Shown: positions 18,410 through 27,787 of the stretch, piece by piece
Position numbering within the stretch: position 1 is the first letter of the stretch
Layout: each line of letters begins with the position of its first letter
NCBI GenBank assembly: GCA_029261065.1
Contig: JAJDCB010000006.1
Location: forward strand, 284-64,283
DNA length: 64,000 nt
Direction: 5' to 3'
From: Candidatus Omnitrophota bacterium
GTDB lineage: Bacteria; Omnitrophota; Gorgyraeia; Zapsychrales; Zapsychraceae
The notes under the pieces: model-generated
What the model was told of the DNA's origin: nothing
Seen by the model: the letters and a program-made list of their open reading frames with translations, nothing else
Database searches by the model: none
Program-made: the position numbers and the translations under genes

Positions 18410-21400
18410 CTATCTCTTATCTTTCTTCCTTAACTGCTCCTCGATAAATTCATAGGCCCCTACATCCAACGTTAAATCATCAAAAGCAGACGCATCTGTT
18501 TCTGTGATGGGATGATAGGCATATAACCCAATCTTTTGTGCTGGTTCAACGCTGACAAATTGACTGGGTTCAAGGATTTCATAATAGACTCTTAACTCAT
18601 CAATCATATTCTCAAAAGTTTGTGGCACATTTGGGAATAAGATATCGAAAGGACCAACGGTGATAGGGTCAGCAATATTACCTGCTCTATCAACGATCCC
18701 ATCGGATGTGACAAAGAGTCCTATTCCAGGTCCATCAACAGTTTTAGTGGCCATTGCGGTCTCTAAAAATCCTTCTGTTGGAAAACCTGACATGTTATCC
18801 TCGGCATTAAAAGGAACAGAGACTGAAGATTGATAAATGCCATTAGACCCTAAGAGTCCAATGGGTCTTCCAGCCAAGATAACTGGTTTTGTCATATCAA
18901 CATAGTATGGTCCAACATGAACAGTGTCAGAGACAATAGCTTCTTCGATCCCTGCAAATGCTTTATCAAAGCCATTGCGATCTAACATCGCTTCACGGGC
19001 CGCAAGTATATGAAAATTCCAGTTGTCATTGTCAAAAAGTACAGGTAACGCGGTTGAGAAAACCCAATCTCCACTTGGAGTAAGGCGAACATCATAAGGA
19101 TCTCCATTGTTATCTGGAATGGTGAAAGAGTTGGTATCAAAGACATAACTGAAATCAAACATGGCATAGCCAAGATCGATTTCTTCTTCGGGTAACAATG
19201 TACCAACTTCTCCATTTGGTGCTTGTAGATCAATATGACGAGCAATGACATCGTAATCATTTGGGACAACACTTAAATCACCATCAACAATGGAACCCAA
19301 ATGAGATGTCATCTGGACATTACCGTTGCCAGCATCCACCAAGGCTAAAATGATGTCATCATTCGCTAAAATGGTCGCATCACCGTCGCTGGTATGGACA
19401 AGAGTGTCTTCCGCCATTTCGTACCCCTTATCGGCGGTGGCTGTATATTGATACAACCCTTCCCCAGCTTCGGGCAATCCCCACTCTACTTCAAAAAGAT
19501 CTTCGTTTGTCCAGATCGCAATATCATGTGACGTACTGTGAACATCGGATGGAGGATTAAGAACATCGCTCATCCTTTGTTGAATATAGATATTGCCACG
19601 TTGCAACTGAACAATGTTTTCATCAGACACTAAAACAATGTCCCCATGGCCAATGATAGGGGTAAAGAGTGTTAGATTTCCATGGACTAAAAGATCGATT
19701 AATCCACCAGGAGCGCCATTATAAATTTCATAGCCTCCTATCACCCCTGGGTTTAATCCAGGTTCGAAGCTTAGATTATCGACAATAAGATCACCCATGT
19801 TTTCTAATTGGATACCTCCACTTGTTCCATTATAAGCAGTCAGTGCATTTGCTGTGACACGTAAACCGCTGTTAGGACTTGTTCCGCTTATCCCTGTGTT
19901 GGCTTTAAGCATCAAGTTATTGGCATTCACACCGCCATCCACTTGATAAATTTCACCAAGCTTAGCTGTAATAAAAATATTATCTAAAGAATTTAGCAGC
20001 GCACCTGGTGTTGTACTAACGACATCAAAAGTAAAATCGATCACAGCATCATCAAAATCTGCATCGCCTAATCCATAGATGTCTTCCCATCCGTATCTAT
20101 ATCTTTCTCCATCGATGACAACATGATTTAACCCATCATCATTATATTGTTCCTCGGTATGATATAACCAAGCAGACATGTTAGAATTGTCATTAGGATG
20201 TACGTAGGTATTTGCACCTTGATTAAAAACGGTGTAGAGTTCGAAATAATCCAAAGGTCGATAAACTAATCCAGTCCCTTCTGTTTGAGATACGCCATCT
20301 TTACCAATATCTGGGCCTATGACAAATGGAACATATACTAGATCGTTATTTTGGTCTATGTCATAATAACCATAAGCACCTAACGCATAACCTCGAGTAT
20401 CTGTTATATATTCCCATTCGTATCTTAATAACTCATCGGTGTCATGAGAGCCTAGATAAACATTATTGCCAGCGAAGATGTCAATGACTCCTTCTTGAAC
20501 ATCGATTATTGTATTATTACCAACGGTATAATCCAACTTCGCAAATCCAAGAAAATTGTCCCCCTTTGTTGTTACTTCATTCATAGGAAGATGAGCCACA
20601 TGTCCTTCTTGGGTGATAACACTTACCTTGCCTCCTCTTAACTGTCCTCCTACTTCAATATCTTTATTCGCTAAGAGAAGAATCTCTCCGGCATCTTCAA
20701 TGAGAGCTTCTGCTTCAATGATACCTTCATTGTTGATGGCTTTATCAAAAACGCCTGAAAGGATCTTTGCTGTTAATAACACTTTTCCGCCATTAGCATG
20801 AATTGTTCCCAAATTTTTCACAGCTACATGAGCGTTGTTAGGGTTCAAGGTTGTCCCTTTATCAATGACAACATTGATAAGTCCTCTCGCATCGAGAGAT
20901 AACGTCATTGCTTCTCCAGAAGCTAAGACGACAGAACCAAGTTGTGCATTAATAATTCCAGTGTTCATGACACTTGCTCCTAGTAAGGCAACATATCCAC
21001 CAGGAGATGTTATCAATCCTTGATTAAGAACATAACTGCCTTGACCAGTAAAACGATGAATCCCGTCAATAAAGTCGCTGTAACTCATATCTAACGTTGA
21101 GGCGACAATTCCGGCGGCATCAACGGTACTTCCTGGTCCAAAAACAATTCCATTAGGATTAATCAAAAAAATTTGGCCGGTCGCTTCTAAGTGGCCAAGA
21201 ATAGACGAAGGATCTATTCCAACAACTTTATTTAAAGCGGCACTCGTAGAACTGGGTTGATGAAAAAAAACACCTTCATCCAAACCAATGGAGAAGTCTT
21301 TGTACTCAACGATCAATTTGTCAGAATTTTGATTTACATGAAGCTCGTTGGTTTGGGACCAATCAAAATCGGCATCGCCTGAAAATTTGTTTAGACCTTC

Positions 21401-21484
21401 AGGCAGAGCGTAAACTTCTAATGGAGCTAAAACAAAGAAAAATGCTGCAACAATCGCTACAATTTTTTTCGATTCTCTTTTCAT
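18410..21484 (-). CDS. TpsA: two-partner-secretion exoprotein with N-terminal TPS (haemagglutination activity) domain and beta-helical repeats (1024 aa)
   Basis: Signal peptide, then LNKVVGIDPSSILGHLEATGQIFLINPNGIVFGPGSTVDAAGIVASTLDMS. The NPNGI motif is the TPS-domain hallmark. The remainder is Gly/Asn/Thr-rich repetitive sequence. Confidence 0.8.
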   Translation of the reverse strand: MKRESKKIVAIVAAFFFVLAPLEVYALPEGLNKFSGDADFDWSQTNELHVNQNSDKLIVEYKDFSIGLDEGVFFHQPSSTSAALNKVVGIDPSSILGHLEATGQIFLINPNGIVFGPGSTVDAAGIVASTLDMSYSDFIDGIHRFTGQGSYVLNQGLITSPGGYVALLGASVMNTGIINAQLGSVVLASGEAMTLSLDARGLINVVIDKGTTLNPNNAHVAVKNLGTIHANGGKVLLTAKILSGVFDKAINNEGIIEAEALIEDAGEILLLANKDIEVGGQLRGGKVSVITQEGHVAHLPMNEVTTKGDNFLGFAKLDYTVGNNTIIDVQEGVIDIFAGNNVYLGSHDTDELLRYEWEYITDTRGYALGAYGYYDIDQNNDLVYVPFVIGPDIGKDGVSQTEGTGLVYRPLDYFELYTVFNQGANTYVHPNDNSNMSAWLYHTEEQYNDDGLNHVVIDGERYRYGWEDIYGLGDADFDDAVIDFTFDVVSTTPGALLNSLDNIFITAKLGEIYQVDGGVNANNLMLKANTGISGTSPNSGLRVTANALTAYNGTSGGIQLENMGDLIVDNLSFEPGLNPGVIGGYEIYNGAPGGLIDLLVHGNLTLFTPIIGHGDIVLVSDENIVQLQRGNIYIQQRMSDVLNPPSDVHSTSHDIAIWTNEDLFEVEWGLPEAGEGLYQYTATADKGYEMAEDTLVHTSDGDATILANDDIILALVDAGNGNVQMTSHLGSIVDGDLSVVPNDYDVIARHIDLQAPNGEVGTLLPEEEIDLGYAMFDFSYVFDTNSFTIPDNNGDPYDVRLTPSGDWVFSTALPVLFDNDNWNFHILAAREAMLDRNGFDKAFAGIEEAIVSDTVHVGPYYVDMTKPVILAGRPIGLLGSNGIYQSSVSVPFNAEDNMSGFPTEGFLETAMATKTVDGPGIGLFVTSDGIVDRAGNIADPITVGPFDILFPNVPQTFENMIDELRVYYEILEPSQFVSVEPAQKIGLYAYHPITETDASAFDDLTLDVGAYEFIEEQLRKKDKR

Positions 21485-21649
21485 CTCGCACCTCCTTTCT
21501 TCATATTTTTTCTCGGTTTTAAATAGTTTAACTCTAACTACTTTCCTTCCTGATTGTATTTTCTACCTAAGCTTACAATGTGTATAGTGTCTCTTATACG
21601 CACAAGGTTAAGTAATTGTACTCAACATAGACGACTATAATTATTAAAT

Positions 21650-21853
21650 TTAATCGTTTGAAGGTTGGGGAGGTATGGGTGGGGTCTCAATGGGTTCGCA
21701 GGGTTGAGAAGGTTGTTCGATAGGTTGTGGCTCACGTGGTGTTGGTTCTGGTTGTGGTGGCGGTGTTGAAGGAGGTTCCTTTGAAGGTTGCTCCTCTGGA
21801 TTTTGATCATTTAATATTATAGGATTTCTAAAAAACACTTTATCGTTCATCAC
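21650..21853 (-). CDS. proline-rich small protein (speculative)
   Basis: The 67-aa ORF has PxxP-rich repeats (PPSTPPPQPEPTPREPQPIEQPSQP). The GGT-rich DNA gives open alternative frames, so this is low confidence. Confidence 0.25.
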   Translation of the reverse strand: MMNDKVFFRNPIILNDQNPEEQPSKEPPSTPPPQPEPTPREPQPIEQPSQPCEPIETPPIPPQPSND

Positions 21854-22206
21854 AACAAACTCCTTTTCTTTAATTCATTGAGCTATCAACGTCTTTTTTA
21901 AGTTTTTTACGTTTTCTTAGCAACTGATAAAATTTTCTATGACTCTCTTCTTTTTTACAGTATTGATTAAAAACGTCACAGATATAACAAAAATTACGTT
22001 CGTATTCATCTACTACTTCTAATATTTCTTTCCATCGATGATACACCATCTCCCACACCCCCTCTCTTCATTTTGTGTGACGCACATAAGTAATCCTGTC
22101 TCTAGTTATATTCTACATAATAAACAGAACACGCCAATTAGATGAACTACTTATGCTGTTGAGTAAAATTACTTATTCATTGGCAGACGTCGAATAAAGG
22201 AGTGGA

Positions 22207-22578
22207 TTAGTGGGGTTGATGAGCAAGGATGTGTTTTAAGGATTCAATAAAATGGCTCGCTTGTACCTTTGTTAATGCCTCAGGATTTTCGATGTGATAA
22301 TACTTGTGCAAAAAGTTTCTTATATGTTCTTGGCTCCAGCCCGTATCTTTCAAGAGATGCTGAATATAAAATTTCTGTTTAATGGTCATCCCATGTCGAT
22401 TGACATGATAATGTTGACTGCGCACAAAATAATTCATTAACTTTTTAAATTTTTCTTCCGTCAAATCTTTAGCACTATGTACCCCTGCTGCCTTATAGAG
22501 CATATCCCTATAATCCTGATCACTTAAATTAAGTTCTTTTTTGATAATGTGGATCAAAGCTAATTTTTTCTTGTCCAT
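22207..22578 (-). CDS. GemA-like protein (phage Mu gp16 / DUF1018 family)
   Basis: MDKKKLALIHIIKKELNLSDQDYRDMLYKAAGVHSAKDLTEEKFKKLMNYF follows the DUF1018 N-terminal pattern (LIxxIHxAKKxLxLxDDxYRxxL...G..S.KDmt..el..v...f). Confidence 0.55.
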   Translation of the reverse strand: MDKKKLALIHIIKKELNLSDQDYRDMLYKAAGVHSAKDLTEEKFKKLMNYFVRSQHYHVNRHGMTIKQKFYIQHLLKDTGWSQEHIRNFLHKYYHIENPEALTKVQASHFIESLKHILAHQPH

Positions 22579-22614
22579 GGTTAAATCCTATATAAACACC
22601 CATAAAAATGATTA

Positions 22615-23202
22615 TCACTCTTCCTGATTTTTGATCTCAGATGAAAAACTACGGATATAACGGATCACATGCCAAATTTCTTCTTCGCTTAGAGAATCGC
22701 CATCCCAAAATGCGGGCATAGGCCAGCTGCCTTCTGTAATCTTCCAGAACAAATCCCCATCACTTTTCTTTCTCAGTTGCGTATTTGTCAAATTTGCTAC
22801 GCGCTTTCCAAAAGATTGTGCAGCGACTCCTTGCCCACGACCATCTTCCCCGTGGCAGACTAAACAATTCAAGGCATATATTTTTTTTCCTTCTTCCCTG
22901 CTTTCTTGCGAAGTGGATACTGGATTTTTTCTTTGAGAATATTCAACAGGAGCTTGCCATAGCGTCAAATCATCAATTTCTTCGTCCGTCTTTTTTTCAT
23001 GAATATCTTTGTCCAATTCTTTCATTTCCGCTTTAATACAACGCAACATCACACCATGCTTCCCATTTAAACATTCGCTAATGATCTCAGGTGTTGTGTG
23101 TTCTTGCTCTAAAACTCTTATGACACTGTATGCATCACCAGAAACAAATAAATATAAAAGGACACTTATCATACATAAAATATACGTTTTAACTTTCATC
23201 AT
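22615..23202 (-). CDS. periplasmic mono-haem c-type cytochrome
   Basis: Signal peptide plus the haem-binding motif NCLVCHGEDG (CxxCH). Confidence 0.7.
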   Translation of the reverse strand: MMKVKTYILCMISVLLYLFVSGDAYSVIRVLEQEHTTPEIISECLNGKHGVMLRCIKAEMKELDKDIHEKKTDEEIDDLTLWQAPVEYSQRKNPVSTSQESREEGKKIYALNCLVCHGEDGRGQGVAAQSFGKRVANLTNTQLRKKSDGDLFWKITEGSWPMPAFWDGDSLSEEEIWHVIRYIRSFSSEIKNQEE

Positions 23203-23366
23203 TGAACCTCTTTATTAGATTAGACATTTAATAACACGGCACATCTTTATGTGCCATGACAGATGGATTGATAAATAATAAGCCCTACAAGGATAAACAA
23301 CAGCGTCAAGCCTAATGTCTTTATAAGCACATTTCCTTTTTTCATAAAGTTTTTTCTTTCCCTTAA

Positions 23367-23624
23367 CTAACCCTTCATCAATACTTTGTTCTTTCGCCGT
23401 CTAAAATGACGAAACCGTAACTTTCGCTCATGCGCCTGTTCTACTTCTCGTTCATCCCGTAGTTCATCATCCCAATCATGACCGTGTTCTTTTCCTCCAT
23501 GATCATGATGCACATAGGCCTTGGCGATAAGTTTTTCCTGAATGTCTTCAGGATCTTCTAAAAACCTCATAAAAGAACGACTTTTTAATCTGTTTAATTT
23601 TTTAGAATTTTTTAACATGATCAT
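23367..23624 (-). CDS. His/Arg-rich small protein, unknown function
   Basis: The 85-aa ORF contains HHDHGGKEHGHDWDD. Its start overlaps the PRTase stop (ATGA). Confidence 0.35.
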   Translation of the reverse strand: MIMLKNSKKLNRLKSRSFMRFLEDPEDIQEKLIAKAYVHHDHGGKEHGHDWDDELRDEREVEQAHERKLRFRHFRRRKNKVLMKG

Positions 23625-24331
23625 GCTCCCTTCTTTAAAAGTTCCAACACCTCACTGTCTTGAACCTGATTAAATTGCTTATAATATTGACTCACCGAAC
23701 CAAACAATAAAGGGACACGCAAACAAATCAATTGATCAGCTTGCTCTGCTAATTTTTCAAGAACCTCTTCTGGCCCTACAGGAAGGGCAACAATAATTTT
23801 TTTGGGGGCCTCTTGTTGTACACACCATAACGCCGCTTGCATGGTGGATCCTGTCGCAATACCATCATCTGTAATAATAACGGTTTTTCCCTTTAATAAA
23901 ATTTTGGGATGAATATCACGAATCATACCGCAACGCTGTTGAATATCTGCTAGCTGACGTTCTTTTTGGGTAGCGATATAACCTGGCGGAACAGACAATT
24001 GTCTTGCAAGACCCTCATTAAGAAAAACTTCCCCCTCTTCTCCGACCGCGCCTATGGCTAATTCTTGATTACCAGGAGCACCAAGTTTATGCGTGAAAAC
24101 AAGATCAAACTCTACACCTAAAACCTGAGCTATTTCATGAGCAATAATAACTCCTCCACGAGGAATACCAAGAACAACACCATGAGTCACATGTTGTTTT
24201 TTTAATTCCTCCCCCAATAGCCTACCCGCTTGCCTACGATTTTCAAAAGGTTCTCCCTGACGAGAAACAACATGTAGCCTTTGATTCTCATTGGAGTTCT
24301 TCTTAAAACAACGATTCTTTGTTTTATTCAT
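23621..24331 (-). CDS. phosphoribosyltransferase-domain protein (COG1926-type predicted PRTase)
   Basis: FENRRQAGRLLGEEL matches the COG1926 N-terminus. The PRTase type I PRPP-binding loop is VIITDDGIATGSTM. Confidence 0.7.
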   Translation of the reverse strand: MNKTKNRCFKKNSNENQRLHVVSRQGEPFENRRQAGRLLGEELKKQHVTHGVVLGIPRGGVIIAHEIAQVLGVEFDLVFTHKLGAPGNQELAIGAVGEEGEVFLNEGLARQLSVPPGYIATQKERQLADIQQRCGMIRDIHPKILLKGKTVIITDDGIATGSTMQAALWCVQQEAPKKIIVALPVGPEEVLEKLAEQADQLICLRVPLLFGSVSQYYKQFNQVQDSEVLELLKKGA

Positions 24332-24333
24332 GA

Positions 24334-24591
24334 TTAATTCCCTTCATAGCGTGACTCTGAATACTCAAACTCTATAATCAGATCTTCTCTTTTTGCTCTT
24401 ACAATATAATTCTCACCTTCCATAGACTTAATCTCAATATCCCTTTGATGAAGTAATTGTGCCAAACTGAGATTGACAAGATCACAAGAATCTCCTAAAT
24501 ATTTTGCTATATCATTTACACTAATAGGCGTATGTATATAATCCAACAATGTCAAAATTCTTTTTTCAATATCAGCATTTTTTTCTAACAT
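24334..24591 (-). CDS. small winged-helix-like DNA-binding protein (putative regulator)
   Basis: ILTLLDYIHTPISVNDIAKYLGDSCDLVNLSLAQLL resembles a wHTH. Its stop is 3 nt before the PRTase start. Confidence 0.35.
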   Translation of the reverse strand: MLEKNADIEKRILTLLDYIHTPISVNDIAKYLGDSCDLVNLSLAQLLHQRDIEIKSMEGENYIVRAKREDLIIEFEYSESRYEGN

Positions 24592-24740
24592 TTTAGTCCC
24601 TCCTTATTAGTCTATCGCTTAGCACTCCTTTTTTAATTATTTATTCTGAGTAAAGTAAATGTTCTACAATAATCAAAGGATCTCGCCCTTATCCATCTTG
24701 CTCTCCTTTCAGGCTCATCTTTTCTTCAACGCCCCTTATT

Positions 24741-25106
24741 TCATAGTTGTCTTTCAATAATCGGGATCAATTCTTCAATAATTTTATTCTTATCCATAAA
24801 AACAAATGTGCTGTTATCTCTTCTTCTTTTCTGATAAACTTCTACCCCTTCATTAGTCAAAATAATACTTTTACACTGCGCAAGCTTCTCACTAATACTC
24901 GCGGCGACTCTAAGACCTTCCAACTCTATATCAATAAGCGCTATATCTGGATGTTCCTTTAATGCTTCTTTAATACCTCGATCACCAGACGACACACCAA
25001 AAATTTTAACATTTACTATCTTTCTCTTAATATAGTTTATTAAACTCCTTCTAAACTCATCGTGACCATCAATAATTAAAATTTTTTTTATTTGTGTGCT
25101 AACCAT
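24741..25106 (-). CDS. stand-alone response-regulator receiver (CheY-like) domain protein
   Basis: KKILIIDGHDEF ... IALIDIELEGL ... IILTNEGV is the receiver-fold pattern at 121 aa. Confidence 0.6.
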   Translation of the reverse strand: MVSTQIKKILIIDGHDEFRRSLINYIKRKIVNVKIFGVSSGDRGIKEALKEHPDIALIDIELEGLRVAASISEKLAQCKSIILTNEGVEVYQKRRRDNSTFVFMDKNKIIEELIPIIERQL

Positions 25107-25233
25107 ACCCTACAACCCCTCCTTTTAACTATACTTTACCCTTAAGCAATCACTTTGAAAATTCGATGAATTACTTAAAATATTAGGTAGAACTACCCGT
25201 ATTTAGGAATAAGACTCTATAAGACTCTTAAAA

Positions 25234-25878
25234 TTAAGTTAAACTTTTAGAGATGGCGTATTTGACAAGGCCGGCTGTGTTTTTTATGCCGAGTTTTTCG
25301 GTGAGATTAAAACGATGATTTTCAACAGTGCGGATACTAATCTTTAACTTAGTAGCAATATTTTTATTAGCTAAACCTTTGGCAATCAATTTTAAAACTT
25401 GCAACTCTCGTTTCGTAAGAATTTCCTCACAAGGATCATCTTCTTCATCGATAGATCTTAAAAATCTATCCGTTAATAAAATCGATACATTAGGTGAGAC
25501 AAATTGCTTTCCCTTAAGCAAGGCCTTCATAGCCGTAATAAGATGATGACACGCTTCTTCTTTAAGAAGATATCCCGATGCCCCTTTAGACATTGCTCGC
25601 TTGAAGTGTTCGTGATCTTTTAACATGCTCAAAATAAGGACCCTTGTTTTCGGATATTTCTTACGGATATGTTCTAACGCCGCCAAACCATCCATCCTTG
25701 GCATGGAGAGATCAAGAATGATGAGATCACATTTTGATGCATTCAATATTTCTAAAAGCTCCTCACCATCTCGCGCCTCCGCGACCACCTTAAACGTGGG
25801 TTCCTTCTCAATAAGACTCCTTATACCCGCTCGAACAATATCATGATCATCTGCTAAAATAATTTTGTACTTAGCCAT
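25234..25878 (-). CDS. NarL/FixJ (LuxR-type HTH) response regulator
   Basis: Receiver motifs KIILADDHDIVR and DLIILDLSMP, then a GerE/LuxR HTH (LTKRELQVLKLIAKGLANKNIATKLKISIRTVENHR). Overlaps the upstream HK gene by 8 nt. Confidence 0.85.
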   Translation of the reverse strand: MAKYKIILADDHDIVRAGIRSLIEKEPTFKVVAEARDGEELLEILNASKCDLIILDLSMPRMDGLAALEHIRKKYPKTRVLILSMLKDHEHFKRAMSKGASGYLLKEEACHHLITAMKALLKGKQFVSPNVSILLTDRFLRSIDEEDDPCEEILTKRELQVLKLIAKGLANKNIATKLKISIRTVENHRFNLTEKLGIKNTAGLVKYAISKSLT

Positions 25879-27346
25879 TTTCTTTCCCTTTCATTTTAAT
25901 AGGAATATCTAAATGAATACTTGTTCCCTCTTTGGGTGATGAGCTTATATTAAATTTAGCTTTTAACATTTTAGCTCTTTCACGCATGGTCAACAATCCT
26001 AACCCTATCTCCTTACCTTTTTTTCGTCGATACCCACGGCCATTATCTTTGATCACAACAGACAATCTGTTCTTTTGTCTTTTCATTTGAATATCAACTC
26101 TCGATGCTCGCGCATGTTTGAAAATGTTGGCCAAGGCCTCTTGAACAATCCGATAAAGGTTAATCGATTCAGCTTCAAACTGAAGAGAATCAATAGGACC
26201 ATGACGTAATTTTATAAGAATCTTTTTATCTTTTTGTTTTAATTGTTCCACAAGATTATCGAGAGAAGCCGACAAACCAATAGAAGAAATGGTTGTTGGA
26301 CGCAATCTGTGCGCGATATGCCTTGTCTTTTCTATGATACTATCTAAATAACTCATGCTTTCTTTGCAAGCCTTCTTTATGACATTAGCATCTGCCGTAT
26401 TATCCATTGCCACGGCATAGATATTCATCTTTAAAGCAATCAAAGACTGGCCAAGATCATCATGGATATCTCGAGAAATCCGATTCCGTTCCGTATCCTG
26501 AGCCTGTATAATTTTCTGAGGTATCTCTTTAATCAATTCCTCTGATTTTTTTGCCTCAGTAATATCTTGACCTGAACTAATAACACCAATCATGCGTTTA
26601 TCTTTATCATTGAGAATCGTATTATGCCAAGCGATAAGTTTTTCTTTTCCTGATTTTGTTCTCACCACATTCTCATAGAATTCATTAACTTGAATTTTAC
26701 CAGCCATTATTTCTTGGAAAATGGTTTTAGTCTTTTCCTTGTTATCCTCAGGTAAAAAATGATCAAACCAATTCTTTCCTAAAATTTGATTCTCAGAATA
26801 ACCTAACAACTCTGTTGCCCTTTTATTAATATTAATCACTTCCCCATTCTTGTTAAGAACCAGCATCATAACGTTGGCGACATCAAAATATTTTTTTGCC
26901 TTGTCTCGTTCAGAGCGCAACTCTATCTCTATTTCTTTACGTTTCGTAATATCATGACGAATGGCCACATATTGATAAGGATTTCCTTTGTCATCAAAAA
27001 ATGGAACAATGGTTGTATCGACCCAATAATAAGAGCCATCTTTAGCTTTATTTCTTATCTCCCCCTTCCAAACGTTGCCCTTGCTAATAACACTCCACAA
27101 ATCCCGCATAAACTTTTTTGGGTGATAACCGGAGTTAATAATACGATGATCTTGACCAATCAACTCTTTCTTAGGATATTTTGAAAGTTCACAGAATTGA
27201 TTATTCGCATAAATAATTATTCCCGTTTGATCTGTTATGGCGACAATCGCAGATTCATCGAGAGCAGACTTAATATCGGATAACTCTTTAAAAGCCGCCT
27301 GCAGAGCTTCTTTAGTTTTACTATATTTTTTAACGTGAGGTTTCAT
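25871..27346 (-). CDS. cytoplasmic PAS-PAS sensor histidine kinase (HisKA_3 / NarX-type) partner of the NarL-type RR
   Basis: Two PAS-like modules, then the HisKA_3 H-box (RISRDIHDDLGQSL) and HATPase_c (KDNGRGY...GLGLLTMRERA). Confidence 0.8.
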   Translation of the reverse strand: MKPHVKKYSKTKEALQAAFKELSDIKSALDESAIVAITDQTGIIIYANNQFCELSKYPKKELIGQDHRIINSGYHPKKFMRDLWSVISKGNVWKGEIRNKAKDGSYYWVDTTIVPFFDDKGNPYQYVAIRHDITKRKEIEIELRSERDKAKKYFDVANVMMLVLNKNGEVININKRATELLGYSENQILGKNWFDHFLPEDNKEKTKTIFQEIMAGKIQVNEFYENVVRTKSGKEKLIAWHNTILNDKDKRMIGVISSGQDITEAKKSEELIKEIPQKIIQAQDTERNRISRDIHDDLGQSLIALKMNIYAVAMDNTADANVIKKACKESMSYLDSIIEKTRHIAHRLRPTTISSIGLSASLDNLVEQLKQKDKKILIKLRHGPIDSLQFEAESINLYRIVQEALANIFKHARASRVDIQMKRQKNRLSVVIKDNGRGYRRKKGKEIGLGLLTMRERAKMLKAKFNISSSPKEGTSIHLDIPIKMKGKENG

Positions 27347-27787
27347 GCGATCCCCAATCCGATCATCTTTTAAAAACGTTTATTGAGACACTAGAACAAG
27401 CTTATTTGAAGAGCCTCAAAAAAAACTTATCTTATAGTGTTGTACTTAAGTAATACAACATTTAATGGCTTTTGTAAAGGGTTATAAGGCCATGAAATTG
27501 AGTAGTTTTACTTACCCTAATCTTAGTATCGCTTAACGTCGTTTCTTTCAGTTTTTCAACATTAGTATCTTTCAATGACTTTATTTTGTCTTTAAAGAAA
27601 TCCCACCCAGCAAAAACATATGTTGTAGGAAGTAATATGAATAATCCCAACAGAATCAAAAACGTATATTTATCAACATAACCATCCCACCTCCTTTTCT
27701 TTATGCCTCACCCTTTAGATCTTATTTACTTCAAAGAATGACCAATAATGTTGAAAATCTTCATTTTCTCATTAAAATAGAGATATC

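Noticed and set aside
18982-21023. Small ORFs inside tpsA (18982-19272, 20613-20801, 20835-21023)
   Set aside because: They are embedded in or antisense to the long TpsA reading frame, so they are spurious.
21622-21853. GGT/TGG-rich repetitive DNA giving two overlapping minus-strand ORFs (21622-21810 and 21650-21853)
   Set aside because: This is a simple-sequence repeat, not a CRISPR or tandem array. Only the Pro-rich frame is reported, at low confidence. The His/Asn-rich frame (21622-21810) is likely an artefact.
23249-23347. Possible 32-aa hydrophobic micro-ORF (MKKGNVLIKTLGLTLLFILVGLIIYQSICHGT) upstream of the cytochrome c gene
   Set aside because: It has no convincing SD at proper spacing and overlaps a hairpin (GGCACAT...ATGTGCC), so it cannot be supported from sequence alone.
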